Both the position numbers and the translations under genes were made by a program. From contig JALVEG010000216.1 in NCBI GenBank assembly GCA_027031145.1, forward strand, positions 1 to 34,495: a DNA stretch of 34,495 bases, given 5' to 3'. Every line of letters starts with the position of its first letter. The first letter of the stretch is position 1. Positions 33,179-34,495 of this stretch are shown here, piece after piece. The DNA comes from Saprospiraceae bacterium. Its GTDB lineage: Bacteria > Bacteroidota > Bacteroidia > Chitinophagales > Saprospiraceae. Below the pieces are notes generated by a model. The model searched no databases. It saw only the letters and a list, made by a program, of their open reading frames with translations, and had not been told where the DNA came from.

Positions 33179-34495
33179 TCAAAACTCCTTTATTTTTTCA
33201 ATAGAATCTATTCTATCTTTTAATGCCTCAACTTCTGTTTTCAGATTGTTCATTTCCAATAAATGTGATTTCAATTCTAAATTTTCATTTTCCAATTTCA
33301 ATATTTTATTATAAAGCGTTCTTATAGCTTCAATATACATTGCATCGTATGTACCATAAGCTGTTTGCAGGTAGCCCATATTATCTTCAATTACTAAAGA
33401 AGGAAAAACCTTTTGAATATCTTGAGCTATCAATCCATATTGTACTCCCGTAGGTCTGTCATATCCCGTTTTATTATCGTTCCATTCAAAATTGACTCCT
33501 TTTAATAAAAGTAATTTTTGAATGATTTCTTCACCATTGAGTTGTTTTATATTTTTTTTCAATTTTGCATCTGAATTTGAGTACCATTCTCCTGCTGTAG
33601 TTTTTGATGCATTTCCATCTACTTCAAACCTATTTGTAGTAGGTATTCGACCCACACCAAAAAGACCTGTATTTTTGACTATTAATATATCACCTGTTCC
33701 ATTTTCAAATAATCTGGCATAATCGCTATCTGCGTACCAAACCCAGTCATCTAATGCACTTGTACTGCCTCTTTCCCTGAATTTGAATCCGCTATTTGCA
33801 CCCGTAGATAATATTTCAGTACCATCAACATGCAATTTTGATTGAATATCAGTAGTACCTATTCCGACTTTCCCGTTATATTCAATTATCATTCTTGCAT
33901 CGGCTGCCGTAGCATTACCGGAAGAATTAATTCCATTATTGATAAAAAGTAAATTTCCCCGACCATACGAAGCTTTGTCTTGATAGAATATTCCTCCTTT
34001 AAAGGTATTTGCGGCTGTACCATTTCTAAATCGAATGCCACATAAAACATCTGTTAATGAATTTGCATTTTGGATATCCATAAATATTCCATCCGTACCA
34101 TCTATAGTATGATCTGTTCCGTAAATACTAAGTTGATGATCAGGAGTATGATTACCTATTCCAACTTTTCCGTTTTTCATAACTCTCAATGCGTCACTTC
34201 TATTAGCATCATTTGTCCCATTTCCTATTACAAACAAACGATCATCATTATCCCAATAATGAGCATCATCAGGAGTGTAAGAGGTATTGTAATTACCAAT
34301 GACAAATTCCATTGCAGAAGCTGCTTGCGTAAAATTTCCAAATACGGCGGATTTATCTCCGGAAGCAATAGTTAAATAACCTGAAGATAATGATGCAGAT
34401 CCTCTTGCTTCAGTACTATTGCCTAATGCTAAGGATGATGTCCCGGATGCTTTAGTACCAGATCCAATTGAAATAGAGGCTGTCCCTGTGCTTTC
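33179..34495 (-). CDS. Tail-fibre-like protein with C-terminal peptidase S74 intramolecular-chaperone domain and terminal coiled coil (5' end outside the window)
   Basis: The reading frame stays open from 34312 to the window edge, translating as ESTGTASISIGSGTKASGTSSLALGNSTEARGSASLSSGYLTIASGDKSAVFGNFTQAASA upstream of the listed Met. The gene is therefore truncated by the window. Repeated NGKVGIG motifs are present. The S74-type segment reads SDAKLKKNIKQLNGEEIIQKLLLLKGVNFEWND...YGLIAQDIQKVFPSLV, with the Ser codon at 33572-33574. The C-terminal heptad region reads KILKLENENLELKSHLLEMNNLKTEVEALKDRIDSIEKI. Confidence 0.8.
   Translation of the reverse strand, partial: ESTGTASISIGSGTKASGTSSLALGNSTEARGSASLSSGYLTIASGDKSAVFGNFTQAASAMEFVIGNYNTSYTPDDAHYWDNDDRLFVIGNGTNDANRSDALRVMKNGKVGIGNHTPDHQLSIYGTDHTIDGTDGIFMDIQNANSLTDVLCGIRFRNGTAANTFKGGIFYQDKASYGRGNLLFINNGINSSGNATAADARMIIEYNGKVGIGTTDIQSKLHVDGTEILSTGANSGFKFRERGSTSALDDWVWYADSDYARLFENGTGDILIVKNTGLFGVGRIPTTNRFEVDGNASKTTAGEWYSNSDAKLKKNIKQLNGEEIIQKLLLLKGVNFEWNDNKTGYDRPTGVQYGLIAQDIQKVFPSLVIEDNMGYLQTAYGTYDAMYIEAIRTLYNKILKLENENLELKSHLLEMNNLKTEVEALKDRIDSIEKIKEF

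Noticed and set aside
33179-34495. Calling a prophage or mobile element on the basis of the tail-fibre-like gene
   Set aside because: I saw no integrase, terminase, capsid, portal, att-like repeats or tRNA target in the window, and the flanking genes are housekeeping. The region beyond 34495 is unseen, so the question stays open rather than supporting a mobile_element feature.

Overview
Low-GC chromosomal segment (about one-third G+C by eye) with Bacteroidota hallmarks. Two very large secreted proteins end in type A T9SS C-terminal sorting domains. There is an ECF sigma / FecR anti-sigma / STN-TonB-dependent receptor / DUF4249 lipoprotein cassette. Exact TAnnTTTG -7 promoter boxes occur, no Shine-Dalgarno sequences are visible, and DUF4294-like and DUF4442-like proteins are present.

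Gene order: polytopic membrane protein (-); 1919-aa T9SS surface protein (-); ECF sigma, FecR, TonB-dependent receptor, DUF4249 lipoprotein (all +); a tandemly duplicated ~215-bp structured element; orphan lipoprotein (+); aspS (+); a dense AGATTG/CAATCT short-repeat region; hotdog-fold protein (+); acidic 3 x 40-aa repeat protein (+); a 570-bp AT-rich leader with palindromes; a 3730-aa T9SS protein (+); diphosphomevalonate decarboxylase (-); DUF4294-like protein (-); panD, flippase-like membrane protein and rfaE2-type nucleotidyltransferase (+, tightly packed); and a 5'-truncated tail-fibre-like protein with a peptidase S74 domain (-). I recognised no rRNA, tRNA, CRISPR array, transposase, integrase or defence genes.

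Most interesting leads:
1. The chimeric 3730-aa protein: beta-propeller head, three lamin-tail-like modules, a HYR/Cys-rich array, dockerin plus cohesin, and a T9SS CTD. Its head is paralogous to that of the second large protein.
2. Two intergenic loci built from ~10-11-bp motifs arranged as inverted arrays (12584-13016 and 16001-16255).
3. The SusD-less trans-envelope signalling cassette lying between the two cargo genes.
4. A chromosomal S74 tail-fibre gene with no phage context.

All domain calls come from motif recognition by eye. No database search was run.
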